Source of the DNA: Eukaryota sp. GEM-RC1
Taxonomy: Eukaryota
Direction: 5' to 3'
Length of the DNA: 64,000 nucleotides
Assembly (NCBI GenBank): GCA_040285855.1
Contig: JAUFOQ010000002.1
Location: 2,542,001-2,606,000, forward strand
The notes beneath the pieces are model-generated. The model had not been told where the DNA came from, searched no databases, and saw only the letters and a program-made list of their open reading frames with translations. Each line of letters opens with the position of its first letter. Position 1 is the first letter of the stretch. A program made the translations under genes and the position numbers. Below, piece by piece: positions 1 through 12,204 of the stretch.

Positions 1-2
1 GT

Positions 3-1610
3 ATTGCCCAGAATGGTAATCAGGTTTACAAATACCTATCACAATGCCCAGCTGATTACGATTACGATCGTCATCATTTGATTGCCTATTGGAGAGATGA
101 GGCAGTAATGGAGTTGAAAAGGTTTGAAGATGAGGCAGAGCAGTTGAGGAAGAAGTTATTGGCTCAAATCGATCCCATTTTAAAGACTTTAAATTCTGGA
201 GGGCCTGAACTTTTCAAATTTCTGCCTCCTTTTGACTACCACAGAACACTATTGGCTGCTGAGAATCTTAACGCGGATATAACTGATTGTCATTGGACTG
301 ACATTAATGATTCTTTTGACAGTCGCCTATCACGATTGAAGAAAAAGGCCTCAACTTTTTGGGAATATTTGTCTTGTCTTTATACAGAAGTTACTTACAA
401 GAACGTTTCTTATGTTTTTGCTACTTTAGTTAAAACAAATTCTTTCAACCTAAGTCAATTAGAAATGGAAGTTTTCAATCAACAACCTAATGCCAAGGTT
501 CTTTTACTTTCGTTCTTATCCTTTTGTTTCTCGAACGAAGTGGCTGCCACGCAGAATGTTGTGAAAGCATTTGATTACTGGAATCAAGTAGAGCTCATCA
601 ATCAAACATCATCAATCCAATCTAATTGTTTGGTGGATTATTGGGATTCCACAATCGTTAATACCTTCACAAAGGATTCTAATTCTATTTATGCAGTGAT
701 TGAACATTTTCAAAAAGATATTCAGCCGTACTTATCTGATCTTTTAATGTCTATTTTACCAGTAAGCTTTTCTACTAAATTTAACAAAATTCATGAGAGA
801 CTATTCATGTTACGAAGCTCGGTATTTGTTCAAAACAGAAAGGAATTGAGGTATTTTTGTTCTCTTATTCAAAATCTGTTTGTAGAATTTCGAAATTTAA
901 CAGAAAAATGTTGGATGGTACTTACTTATGACGAGGAAGATAAGATTTTGTCGTTATTACAAGATCTCAAGACTACTCCAACTTACCCGAATTCGATTTT
1001 TGCATATTCGCAGCGTAATTTTAAAATTCTGGAATTATTGAAATTACACGTTTTACGAAATCACAACAGATCGTCTCAACCTTCACCCAGCTTAGTCGCT
1101 CCCTTGGAACCTCCTCCACACTCACGTCACTTATTAAAGACAACCAATGCCACGTCATTCGGTGTCACGCCATTCAGTACCATTGATTTAAATAAGTCTG
1201 GACGTAAGAAAAGACAACAGTCTCAATTACTCTACAAAAAAGCTGTCAAGTTCGAAGTTCGTGGGGATTTCTTCAGAGCTAAACAGTACTACATGGAAGC
1301 TGTTGACCATGGACATGCAAAATCCTGGTTTATCCTAGGTTTATTTAGGTCTGGATTACATGAATTACCTTTGGAAAACAAAGCGGCAGCACGTGCTTTA
1401 TTGCGATCTTCTCAATTAGGTTATGTATTAGCTCTCAGGTTGATTGATAAATTGAAAGGAGATGGACCTCCTAGAGAGTCCTCTGAATCTCCAGCAATAT
1501 TAGCTGCAGAACGTGGACTACAACCATATGAAGTTGAGGAGGCGGTTCGTCATTTGATGTTGATGGGTAAAGTTGTGTTGTCCAAAGATGATTGTTCAGA
1601 CTTGACCTAA
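3..1610 (+). CDS. 5'-partial hypothetical protein with C-terminal Sel1-like repeats
   Basis: Frame is open from base 3. The C-terminus has Sel1-like pairs AKQYYMEAVDHGHAKSWFILG and KAAARALLRSSQLGYVLAL. Confidence 0.55.
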   Translation: MAQNGNQVYKYLSQCPADYDYDRHHLIAYWRDEAVMELKRFEDEAEQLRKKLLAQIDPILKTLNSGGPELFKFLPPFDYHRTLLAAENLNADITDCHWTDINDSFDSRLSRLKKKASTFWEYLSCLYTEVTYKNVSYVFATLVKTNSFNLSQLEMEVFNQQPNAKVLLLSFLSFCFSNEVAATQNVVKAFDYWNQVELINQTSSIQSNCLVDYWDSTIVNTFTKDSNSIYAVIEHFQKDIQPYLSDLLMSILPVSFSTKFNKIHERLFMLRSSVFVQNRKELRYFCSLIQNLFVEFRNLTEKCWMVLTYDEEDKILSLLQDLKTTPTYPNSIFAYSQRNFKILELLKLHVLRNHNRSSQPSPSLVAPLEPPPHSRHLLKTTNATSFGVTPFSTIDLNKSGRKKRQQSQLLYKKAVKFEVRGDFFRAKQYYMEAVDHGHAKSWFILGLFRSGLHELPLENKAAARALLRSSQLGYVLALRLIDKLKGDGPPRESSESPAILAAERGLQPYEVEEAVRHLMLMGKVVLSKDDCSDLT

Positions 1611-2027
1611 TTCAGGAACCACTGTTAGTTACGAATCAATAGTTGGATATACAATATTTCCGATTCTAATAAAGTACATGTACAATGTACGTACTGTATC
1701 CATTTTTAAATATTTGAGACTACATAGGGTTCCTAAGATTGCAATCAGCTCATTTGTTCGCTTCGGCTCCGCCCTGTGTATGAGCCAGGAGGTTCGCAAT
1801 GATTATTTAAAAATGTTGAAATCTCAACCAATCAAAAATCAAACATTTTCAGCAAAAGACCGCTCCCGTTAGTAAACATATGTTGTATTTCCATTAAGAA
1901 GTGGGTCATACATAGTCCCCTAATATGAAGCTCTAAGTCAAACTAACACTGGTCAAACATGTCACTCGTCAACTCTCTCTACAGTGACAGTTGAACTCCA
2001 AACCCCATTCTCACATCACTTTCTCAA

Positions 2028-5000
2028 ATGCATCTAGGGATTGACTTCTCCACAACTGGATTGGTTGTCTATGCAGACAAAAACGGCACTCCAGAGGTGC
2101 AGCTCAATTCTCAAACACACCGTCTCTTCATACAGTGGCTCACATTTGATGAGTCCGGTAGACAGTTTGGAGACGCTGCTAAAGTCTTGTGCTTCCGCAA
2201 TCTAGATCGCTCTTTTTGGAACATAACATTTCTTCTTTCTGATCTCAATGCCCCATTCCCTTTTGTTTCTCAATCACAACCGAATGACGGCTTCCCCATA
2301 AATCTTAGAGAACAGCGTTTTCAGATCTCCCTTCCTCATCTCCTGGCCATGTTGTTCTCTCATCTGTTTCGAGAGCTTTGTGATCTCGTTCAGTGTCAAC
2401 AACTTTCAGTGACTTGTTCCCTTCCACTTTGTCTTAATAAGTCTCAACGGCGACTACTCCAAGAAATATTGCAATATGCTGGGTTTCATGACGTTACCAT
2501 TGTTGATCCCATCTATTGCTTGTCTTGGAGCTACCTCTACAAAATGAACTCACGATTGACTAACCAACTTGAAGTCATCCTATTTCTTGACATTGGCTAT
2601 ATGTGTACAGACATTGGAGTAGTTCAAATGAACAATGAATCTGCAAACATTCTTCTGTCAAAGTCTTCTACTTCGTTTCGAGGACAACTTCTTGATCAAG
2701 AGTTGTTACAACTTTGCGTGGATAAAGCGAACCAACTTTTCAACCAAGATGTAACTCAAAACAAGAAGTCAATGTTTAGACTGTACCAAGAAATCAAAAA
2801 AACTAGAGTTAATTTGTCTTCTTGTCCTGAAGTTGAACTCGATATTGATTCATTTATTGACGGAGAAGACTTTGAAATTGATGTTAATAGAAGAGATTTT
2901 GAAGCTAGCCTTGAGCACCATTTATTGCAACTTGGTAATCTGTTGACTAAAGTTGACCAATTCTTTGTAAAAAACTCATTAAAGTTGAGTAAAGTTGTTC
3001 TACTTGGTGGTTTTTCCTATGTACCAGTAATTGAGACCACAATCAAGTCTCATTTTGGCTATCTTCAAAGCCGTTTATTTGAACGAACTTTAAATGCTTT
3101 TGAAAGTGTTTCTGAAGGAGCGTTATTGTCTGAACTTATCCAGAATGAAGACACGTTCACAGTCATCAATCACTCTCTGCAATCGGCTCACAATCAAATA
3201 TCGGATGAACGTCTGTTTGATTCCAGCTTATTCCGTGAACTTGAGGATCGTTTTAAGCAAATTGATGATGAAGAACAATATAAATCTACAATGACCACAG
3301 AATTGTTGAAAAAAGTCAAAAAGACGAAACGAAATGCCTCAAAGAGATATAGAAATTCTTTACTGAATTTTGTCCTAACCAATATTTGGGGTTCTTTTGA
3401 ACAAAAAGTTTCTAAATCAAAAGGTCCCTTTCTATAGCTCAAATCAACGATTTAATCACTGAAGAAAACTGTCTTTTAAATGAAATCGAGTTATTCATTG
3501 ATCTTCTCGATGGTACTTTTGTCTTACCAAATACTTCTGCTCACCAGATTTTCGTAACTGCCTCCAGTATTGATTCCCTTCAAATATTGGAACCAAAATC
3601 AGTTTTGATTCATTTTGGTCTATTGTTTGCTCATTCTAAAGGCTTTAACTCCCCAATCAACCTTTTCGCAGCAGCCAACCATTACCTTTACTTGGTGTCT
3701 CTATCTGACAATTCTTTTCTTCAGTATCCTACAATATGGCATTTGACTACAACGGATGTTGAGCAGATGATTGTTTCAATCAAAAATGATAGCATTACTG
3801 GGTTTACTTTGTTCAATCCAGTGTTGAAGATTCTTCCTGCAGGCGTTAAAGGCAAGTTTGTTTTGACTGAACCCATATTGGCAAGAATCAAAGAAAATTT
3901 CAATGTCTTGATGAATTCTGATGAACTTGCTGTTTTATCTGAGTGTTTGTCCTTGAAATCAACTATTGAACTTCAGCTCAAATTCACCATCGATTCTCAA
4001 TCATTCTTCAATCAATTACTAAATGACACGTTTTCTCCTTTCAAATTGCTCCGTCAATTGGAATGTGCTAGTCTTTCAGTCGACAATCGTATTACTCTAC
4101 AACTAATTCTTTGTCACTGCTTTTGCTTTGGAGTTAAATGCCGGCCATGTACGGTAGCTGCTTTTCGATTGTTTGAACAGATACAGTTTCACTCTCTTCA
4201 GAAACTCTCCCCTTTACAGTTGAGTTACTTGGAGTGTCTTCGAGGAATCTTTGGACACGAAACCAAGGAACTTACTCCCAAGGTGACCCCCATTCAATCA
4301 AAGTTGGTCCACACTAATGATCAGCTACATAATGACATCAATAACAACGAAGTGGAAGTAGTCGTTGATCACGTGGACTCCACCGACCATGACGTCATCA
4401 TGACGCTCATTCAATCAAATGAAATTGACCCAGACCAGAAGATAAAGTTGCTACTTTCCATTGGACTCTACAAGGAAGCCCAAGCAACAGCTGTACAATT
4501 TAACTCTCCTTTGTACTACACTTCTGAAAGATGTATTGATTTTAAAAAGAAATCTTCATCTGGGATTTTAAATTCATCTGATGCTAAAAATGTATTAAAC
4601 GATACCATTAACCAGTGCATTGAATCATCTTTTCACAAATTTCAATCTCGAAAAGACGAAGTTTTTCAGTCGTTCCCTAATGACTTTAAGACGATACTTG
4701 CCTCATTTGAATCACTGCATTTGATTGATCCTTTTGATGCCACGACATCCTTCCTATTAGCACTCTGTTTGATTGTCAATGATCAGTTTGACCGAGCTTT
4801 CACAATCTTTGGTCAACTTTGTACTTCTTTTTCTATTGTTAACGACTTATACATAATAGAAGAATCCATCAAGTTTTTGAAGTTGTCTTCAATTGCCCAC
4901 AAGTTACCTCTCCAAACCTTGAGAAAGTACTTCTTTTCAATAACCTCCACTAGTAGAAGAAAACATCCTCTACTTTTTAAACTGCTTGATGACGTGTTTG

Positions 5001-5868
5001 GTGTGGATGACGTGCTACTACCTAGTTTTGACTTTGAATCTTCTATTAAAAACAGGGGGCTGAACGGTGGTAATCAATGTGTTAGAGTTTTCAGTAATAC
5101 CCTCAAGACTTACTTAACGTCAGCAAACAGTATTATTTCTAGTATATGCTGTCGTGAAAAGAATGGTCGAGTAAGTGAAAAGACAAAGTTGATGCTGCTG
5201 TAGCCTTGGCCTATTCATTAGCCACTCATGAAGATCTTTCGCAATTAGGGGTTTCCGCTCTTTTGTGGTTGAAATTCAACGTAGATGCTTCTGTTCCTTT
5301 TCCATCTCTTCCAAATGACTTTAAACCTTCTACAGTTGTTATTAATTCTCTATTCAGATGTTTAAACACTCTTGCGTTCACCTCCATCGGTACCTCTGCA
5401 GTTAATATGTGTCACTTTGTTAGAAAGTTATTACTTGACTTATATATTCCGCTTTGTCAAGAAATTGATTTCGAAATAGTCCAAGATTGGGGACTTTCTG
5501 CCATCCACTGTTTAGATCTACAGTCTATCTACTCATTATCGTCAGGTTTATTTCAATCAGGTCCTTCTGTAGAAGTTTTGAAGAATGTTCTGCTATTGGC
5601 TGCTGACGTTTTGACTAATCGGATTAGTCTCAAAGATTTTAAATATCGTCGATCAAAACTTCGTTCTTACCTACAGAGTCCGCATTTAGTTACTGAGGGT
5701 GCTTCTACTGAGAAATCAGGCAGAGTTTTACGTTGTTTCGTTCAGGTACTAGTGGTTGTATTAAAATTACCTCAAAGCTCAGACAAGTTGATGTCTGTAT
5801 GTCAAAAGAGTGACATGTTTTGTTCAGATTTTGGGAAAAATTTACTTTTTAAAGGTGACCAGCTGTGA
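2028..5868 (+). CDS. Divergent Hsp70/Hsp110-like nucleotide-binding domain fused to a long helical C-terminal region (one gene, ~1,280 aa, two apparent frameshifts)
   Basis: Actin-fold motifs LGIDFSTT, FLDIG..CTDI, VVLLGGFSYVP, RTLNAFESVSEGA. ORFs 2028-3437, 3587-5203 and 5206-5868 join by adding one base at A-runs 3419-3422 and 5178-5181. Confidence 0.6.
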
Positions 5869-6751
5869 ATTATAGGTGACTCTTCAAATAACTAATAAAC
5901 GGACTAGTTCTAGGTTTACACGAAACGTATTTACATTTCATTTCAGTCCATTATGAGATCTGGAGTCAAATTGCTATGGAACGTCCACAATATTCCTCTG
6001 TATGACCATGTACATCACTTCATCTCAGGCGATCCAGTTGTGTTAAGAGACCAACTATGATACTCTATTATTACATGAGAAATCTCAAATGGAATGACTT
6101 GTAAAGGGGTGTGACAGCATCACTATGATCTAGGGCTGCCAATGGGAGATGGGAGTTTCTCCCACTCCCAACACGTGTTCTCCCACTACCACTCCCACCT
6201 CCCACTTGTCATAGGTGAGACTCCCGCTCCCAACAAAATCTCCCAACTCCCACCCAACTCCCATTTTTGTTTCTTCTAGTACAATGACACTTTACTTTAT
6301 AAACATAACAATCACTAACTCTATCTCTGATTCATGAACAACTCTCCCATCTCCCGACATTTGAACCATGATTTCAAACAAAGGACTGCTTCAATAGAAT
6401 CACTACTCAAGGAAGCTCGTAACTTCGTAACAACACACACCCTACCTGAGAAATTAACTGCTCACTTGGTACTGATGAGGCTTGTGATGTCCTGTAGTTC
6501 TTAGCACATGCTGATAGTCGTGGATACCTGTTGAAACACGACACATTTTCTTTCAAACCAAATTCAGTAATAATTTCTTCCACATCATCGGCAATGTTGA
6601 TGGCAGTCTGGTTTTCTTTTGAGCGCTTAAAACCGAAGACGTAAGTGTTCATTTCCAGTCTTCAATACAGTGAACTGTTACCCCAATAAAATGTGTGTTT
6701 GTATTCGATGTCCACCCATCAATCGTAATAGATACTTTAGAAGAATTACAC

Positions 6752-7949
6752 CAGGGATACCGAAAAATATATTGCAATTATATTGCAAGAATATTTAATT
6801 GCAATAAATATATTGCGTATTGGCAATATTGCAATAAATATATTGCAGATTCAGAAACTTGCAATAAATATGGCAATATATTGCAATATTGCACATAGCT
6901 AAAAACTCAAAATTCTTCCCAAATTCAGCTGTTACATTTAGTTTTGACAGCTTCCGCTGTTTGTGTGTTAGTGAACACCACATTTCTTGGTGTTTTCACA
7001 CCACTTCTCATCCTACATACATCATGAACTCCCCATATAACATACTGTTGGTCTCGATGTTGGTTTTAGGACTTTTGGTCAATTCATCAAGAGATATGAT
7101 CTACAGAGCAGTCCGCACTTAATGTATCCACCCGTGTTCCGATGATGTACATATTTTTTCTATGATTCAAACTCAAAGAAGCCACATATCAGTTGAATCT
7201 TGATGATGTACTATTGCTTATGCTTCTCAAGTTCATCATTTCTAAATAGTAGCTCATATAAACTAAGATGTAGCTGTTTTATCAGTTCAATACGACTTAA
7301 TGTCAACAGTCTACAGGTCAGATACATACACAACTTGTCAAACAATTACCAAATGAAGTTACTTCTACCCTTGATTATAAAGATGGGCTTACAACCATAT
7401 AGTAAGAACTTTTCTGTCGTTTGAATTCGATTTTATCAACAAGTCAGTTTATAACGGCTCAGAAGTTGATTTTCTAGTGAAGGAACATACAGTAGATGAA
7501 CAACAAAAATATTTTTTTGAAAAGGAAACATTGTAAGGAATTACACTTGGGTGAGGGAGTAGACATATGAAAGTGCTTAAGTTCAACTCATAGATGACAC
7601 TTATGTCATGTTGAAACAGTTTGTTTGGATTTAGTCTTAGTATTGTTTGTTGCTTTTTTCAATTTCATAGTTTGGTAGGATGGTTACCTTATTGGGTACC
7701 GAATAGAGTAAGTTTTGAAATAATTCAGTGTAGTTACACCAACTGTAGGCTGTTGGCTATTGAATCAATGTCTCCACGAACTTTCAAAGTTGTTTGAAAA
7801 TGACGACATAAGTATTGCAATATATTGCAATACATTGGAATATATTGCAACATTCTCATAATTGCAATAAATATATTGGTACAAAGAACCGTGAACAATA
7901 AATATATATTGCAATATATTGCAATACAATATATTTTTCGGTATCCCTG
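6752..7949. mobile_element. Non-autonomous hAT element nested in the 6131-8478 element
   Basis: Perfect 23-bp TIR CAGGGATACCGAAAAATATATTG, perfect 8-bp TSD AATTACAC (6744-6751, 7950-7957), many TATTGCAATA subterminal palindromes. Confidence 0.9.
7625..7709 (+). repeat. Dispersed ~85-bp repeat, copy 1 (possible retroposon 3' end/SINE)
   Basis: Close match to 44579-44663; ends in the hairpin-like GGTTACCTTATTGGGTACC. Confidence 0.6.
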
Positions 7950-8702
7950 AATTACACACATTTTTCAATTTATATATCAAGTATCCTTTAAATAACTCAT
8001 AAACACTCAACATATCATTTCTTATCGTGGTTCTTTTTGGAATTTTGAATGAATCTGAAAGAGATGAAACAAATTCGATAAAATCAGGATGCTTAAACAG
8101 ATCAGAGATTTCAGGATCTTCAGATAAATCAAGCGATGACATTGGTTGAAATTTACAGATGAACAACCACACTCTTTATAAAACGAAAATAAATTAAATA
8201 CAATAAAGCAAAGACAGTATAAATGTAATACACCTAGTCCCATTAATATTCTAGAAAAATTATACCTGTATTTGTCTAGCTAGCTTGTTTCTGTTTTAAA
8301 ATTGAAGTTAGAGTTGTGTCTGCAAATGGGAGATGGGAGTTTTTGGGAGTTCCCACCTCCCAACGGAGAGCTCCCACTCCCAAAAATTGCTACTGAAGCT
8401 CCCACTCCCACTCCCAAGGGTCATGGGAGATGGGAGTTGGGTGGGAGTTGGGAGAATTGGGAGAAATTGACAGCCCTACTATGATCTCAATGTTGAGTCT
8501 AAGTCATGTCAGTGATAAGAACAGAGTTCAATTTATGGTTCTGTTTTTGGATACGCATCATTACGGTGACGTCACACATCAAATCGTGATTTTCATTATG
8601 CATCATATCCATATGGGGAGAAAACAACATGTTGAAGAAAAAGACGGCACGTAAAATCTGGGAAGTCAAATTTTTGAATATTGTTGACAAGTTCTTCTGA
8701 TA

Positions 8703-10325
8703 ATGTATTGTCCTGTGTGATACGAAGACTATAACAGCTCCTCCCGACCACCAATGGTGCTATGTCAGGAAGCACATTCCACGTGTTCTGAATGTATGAC
8801 AATGCTTAAAAGATGTCCAATTTGCCGATCCCGATGCTTTCCACAGCCTAATCTGAACTATGCCATGGTTGAAGCACTTGAACATATTGAAAACGGTGAG
8901 CTATCTCCAGAGATACCCTTAGTATCGATCAAAAACTTTTCTCCACCTCCTCTATGTGAGGGCGTTGTTCTATTTGCTTCTGCCAATTGGGGTGGTCAAA
9001 AAGTCGTCATCAAGACAATGCCAAATACTGTCGGAAATCAACAGAAACTGAAAAGAGAATGGAAAGTCCTCAACAGTTATCGCCACCCTTCAGTAGTTCA
9101 GGGCTTCGGCATCCTCTATGCCCCTACATGTACTGGGCTAGTGGTAGAACACCCTTCTCAATCTTTGATTCTTCCTTCCGCTTTGGATTCCACCACTCTA
9201 GCTCATGCAATTTCCATGTCTTCAGTTGTCCAGTTTCTTCACTCTATCTCCTTCATACATACTCAATTACAACCATCGAGTTTCATCGTTGTAGGTGACC
9301 AACTCAAGCTCACTACCTTTGACAGGGCAGCTCTTGATGATTCCACTTGTAGTGGTTTTAGCAAGTACTTTGCTCCTGAGATCACTGGTTATCTATTTCC
9401 GTCTTCTGAATCTGACATTTATTCTCTTGGAGTAATTCTCTACGAACTTCTGGCAAACTCAGTCTTCCCTGATCACGTCATCAACTTTCCACTTTCATTT
9501 CCTATCTCCTTCCCCACTGAACTTGATCCTCAATTGCAGCGCACTAGATCCTTGTCTTAGACCTTCCATTGATGACGTGATTGGTGTGTTGACTTCTCTT
9601 ACTGAACTTTTCTCTGTCTAGTCCAAGTTCACACCTGTCTGATGAACTTGAACAAGCAAAGATTGAATTCTCCATGTTGCAGTCTAATTGTAGTTCTTTA
9701 GTAAGTACAAATGGCAAACTTTCCTCTGAAAACAAGTCATTGTCAACAGAACTAGATAAGATTTAGTGCCAATTAAGGATTCGTGAAGCTCATGTTTTGG
9801 ATTTGGAAGAATTAGTTAGATCTCTAAAAGTTGAATTAGATGAAGTCAAAATACCTTCTGGATTAAAATTAGTAATTAATTTTAGTATTTTGGGACCAGC
9901 ACTTTCTAATCTTAACTTCATTGCTCACGTTTCTGGCAACTTTGAACTAATTGAACGATATGCAGACTCAGTATTTAGAGTCAAGTCATTTCCTTACAAC
10001 GTTCAGAACTTGCTCGTACTAGGAAAGACTTTGAAGGGATCTTAATTCGGCTGTTTCTTCCCCTATGGTTTTCATTCCCATTGTTCTCTGTTTCACTTAG
10101 CACCTAACAGTCCAAAGGTTTTCTGCAACAATGTCCTCAATTACAATGTCTTTTCTCTTTGTAATATTATGGTTTCTTCTAATGCTGGTGTTGTACAGGG
10201 AGACTTTGGATTTGGAACGGAGAATTTAAGAAGGGTAAGTGATTGTAGAAAAGGGGAATTAGTTCCAGAAGTAGATTTCACAGCTGAGTTCATTGAAGTT
10301 TATCGAGTGAAACTCAGGAATAAAT
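8703..10325 (+). pseudogene. Pseudogene copy of the RING-pseudokinase-TLDc-like gene at 32348-33991
   Basis: Near-identical to the intact inverted copy, but with TGT>TGA at 8718-8720, a frameshifting deletion near 9520, CAG>TAG near 9764 and TTA>TAA at 10043. The substitution stops are not homopolymer errors. Confidence 0.85.
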
Positions 10326-11307
10326 AACTTAATTCGTTCGTCTCCGAAAAAGAGCATTCATTTTTTGAATTATTAATTCGAAAAACAGTAAATTAGAGGA
10401 TGAACAGACGCTTTGATCATATGTAACACACGGTATGTTATAACTGACTCGTATGCTTCTTACTGTTTTCAAAGCCATTCCCCAAGTGTCGTCTACAGCT
10501 TTACTTGGATTGAGGTCCTTTTGTGAGGACAAAGCTGTTATCAGATTTGACAGTGATGGATGTTGCTTTAATGATCTGAAATTTATTATAATTTCTTTGA
10601 GTTGACCGAATGGTTAACGTGGAATGGCTGAATGTGGTAAGCGTGGTAGTTTGGAGAAACTTAATCAACAATCTTTGCTGTTTACGAACTGCGGTACTGT
10701 TGATCCGGAATTTTGTGTGTCTAGCGTTTGATATGCATTTTTGTGCAATTCATAGATAAACAGTCTTTGAAAATACAAATTAAGTTTCTAATTTTTCATT
10801 TGTTCCATTCGCAATTTCATCTTTAGGCAATTTTGGTCTATCAGTGCTAAAATTATTGAGTGATTTTGATTTTTTTTGACGTCGGGAAAGGATCTAAATG
10901 GATTAATTGAGGTATGTTTGCCCTCTACATTTTCTGAATTAGTATGTATCGAGATGTTGTTGCAAATGAACTACAGTATTATACATACAGTATTTATATA
11001 GAATTCTTGACGGTATTAAAGACAAAAGAGGCTAACTCTATAAACTTTTCACTATATTTTCACTTCATTTTCAACAACCAGATACTTCAAAATTTGACAT
11101 GTGTTTTTCTGAAATTGGAAGGATATCACAATTTTTGTTAGCTGGCTGGTGAAACCCGGCCATATTTGGTTAAGTCCACACTTGGTTATAAGACTAAATT
11201 GATACATATCAATTGTGTCATCAAAATTTAAATTACAAAACATGTACACGTACCTAATGTTACAATAAAAACAGAAACAGTGAAAACACGATTTATTCAC
11301 AAAATTA

Positions 11308-12092
11308 CTACAATGACCTCAGACGAGCTTCCCTCTCTTCTAGAATTGGTTTAATCAATTCATCTACTTCTAATCGGGAAAGAGTTTTGAATTCAACATC
11401 TGACTGTGGGTCAGGCTTTGAAAGAATTGCAACTTCAACTATGGTTAGACAACATAAAAGAACATACTCTTGTCTGATGACAAAGCCACTGCTTCCACTG
11501 TTTTTGCTAGAACATTCATTGCTAAAGTACGTGCTTCATCAAGAGTACAGCCCTCTTTGTAATCAGAGCGCAGCATGGACAAGGCACCACTGGAGTTAGC
11601 GCCAATAGCAGTGGCGTGCCATCCTGTGTAGTTTCCAGATGGATCGCTCTGATAAAGCTGATATCCGTACCTCTTATCCCAACCAGCGTATAAGAAAGCA
11701 ACACCATAAGGACGAAGACCACCAAATTGTGTATAAGATTGCTTGATGTCACAAACACGGCGGACGAGATATTCGATCGGAACAGGTTCCTGATAGGAGA
11801 AGAGATACCGCTGAGAAGCAACGCGAGCTGCATGGACAAGAACATTGGCATCGGCTGTCATTCCAGCAACAGCTGCACCAATATGAGAATCGATGGGAAG
11901 AAGCTTTTCTGGTTTCGTTGTATCAAGTAGTTTGCCAACAACTTTTTTCTCAGCAACAAGAACAATACCGTCCTTCGAAAGAACACCGATGCAAGATCCT
12001 GTATGCGAAATTGCTTCCATAGCATACTCTACTTGGAAAAGTCTTCCAGCAGGAGAGAAGATTGTTGTTCGGGAATCGTATCGAGAAGCCAT
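11308..12092 (-). CDS. PSMA4: 20S proteasome subunit alpha type-4 (alpha3), one 29-nt intron at 11439-11467
   Basis: [47 protein letters not shown]. Removing intron GTATGT...CTAACCATAG restores DKIEVAIL, ending at TAG 11308-11310. Confidence 0.93.
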
Positions 12093-12204
12093 TTAAGAGG
12101 ATGAGTAGGAGAGAATTTCTGTTGTCCAAATCTTCCTGTACAAAACGACTTTACAAGTCTAGATACCAAATCATCTTCCATATTCTCACCACTTTACGGT
12201 GTAC

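Larger units (their letters stand above)
6131..8478 (-). mobile_element. Defective hAT DNA transposon (outer element)
   Basis: TIRs TAGGGCTG(C/T)CAAT, perfect 8-bp TSD CTATGATC (6123-6130, 8479-8486), subterminal CTCCCA repeats. Transposase remnants: KIPKRTT, SITIDGWTS, and hAT dimerisation-like RYPRLSACAKNYRTSQASSVPSEQLIS. Confidence 0.9.

Noticed and set aside
5171..5182. 12-nt GTAAGT...AG micro-intron
   Set aside because: It would not fix the frame and lacks a branch site; a missing A in the A-run explains the break.
6695..7961. Short Cys/Ile/Tyr-rich ORFs
   Set aside because: They are translations of TATTGCAATA subterminal repeats. The same applies to the AAATACA-derived ORFs at 54310-55448.
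8718..8720. In-frame TGA at a RING Cys as selenocysteine or stop reassignment
   Set aside because: The same copy has TAG/TAA stops and a frameshift, the paralog has TGT, and TGA ends other ORFs here.
10329..11300. Small ORFs between the pseudogene and PSMA4
   Set aside because: No recognisable motif, many stops, and no TIR/TSD that I could establish.
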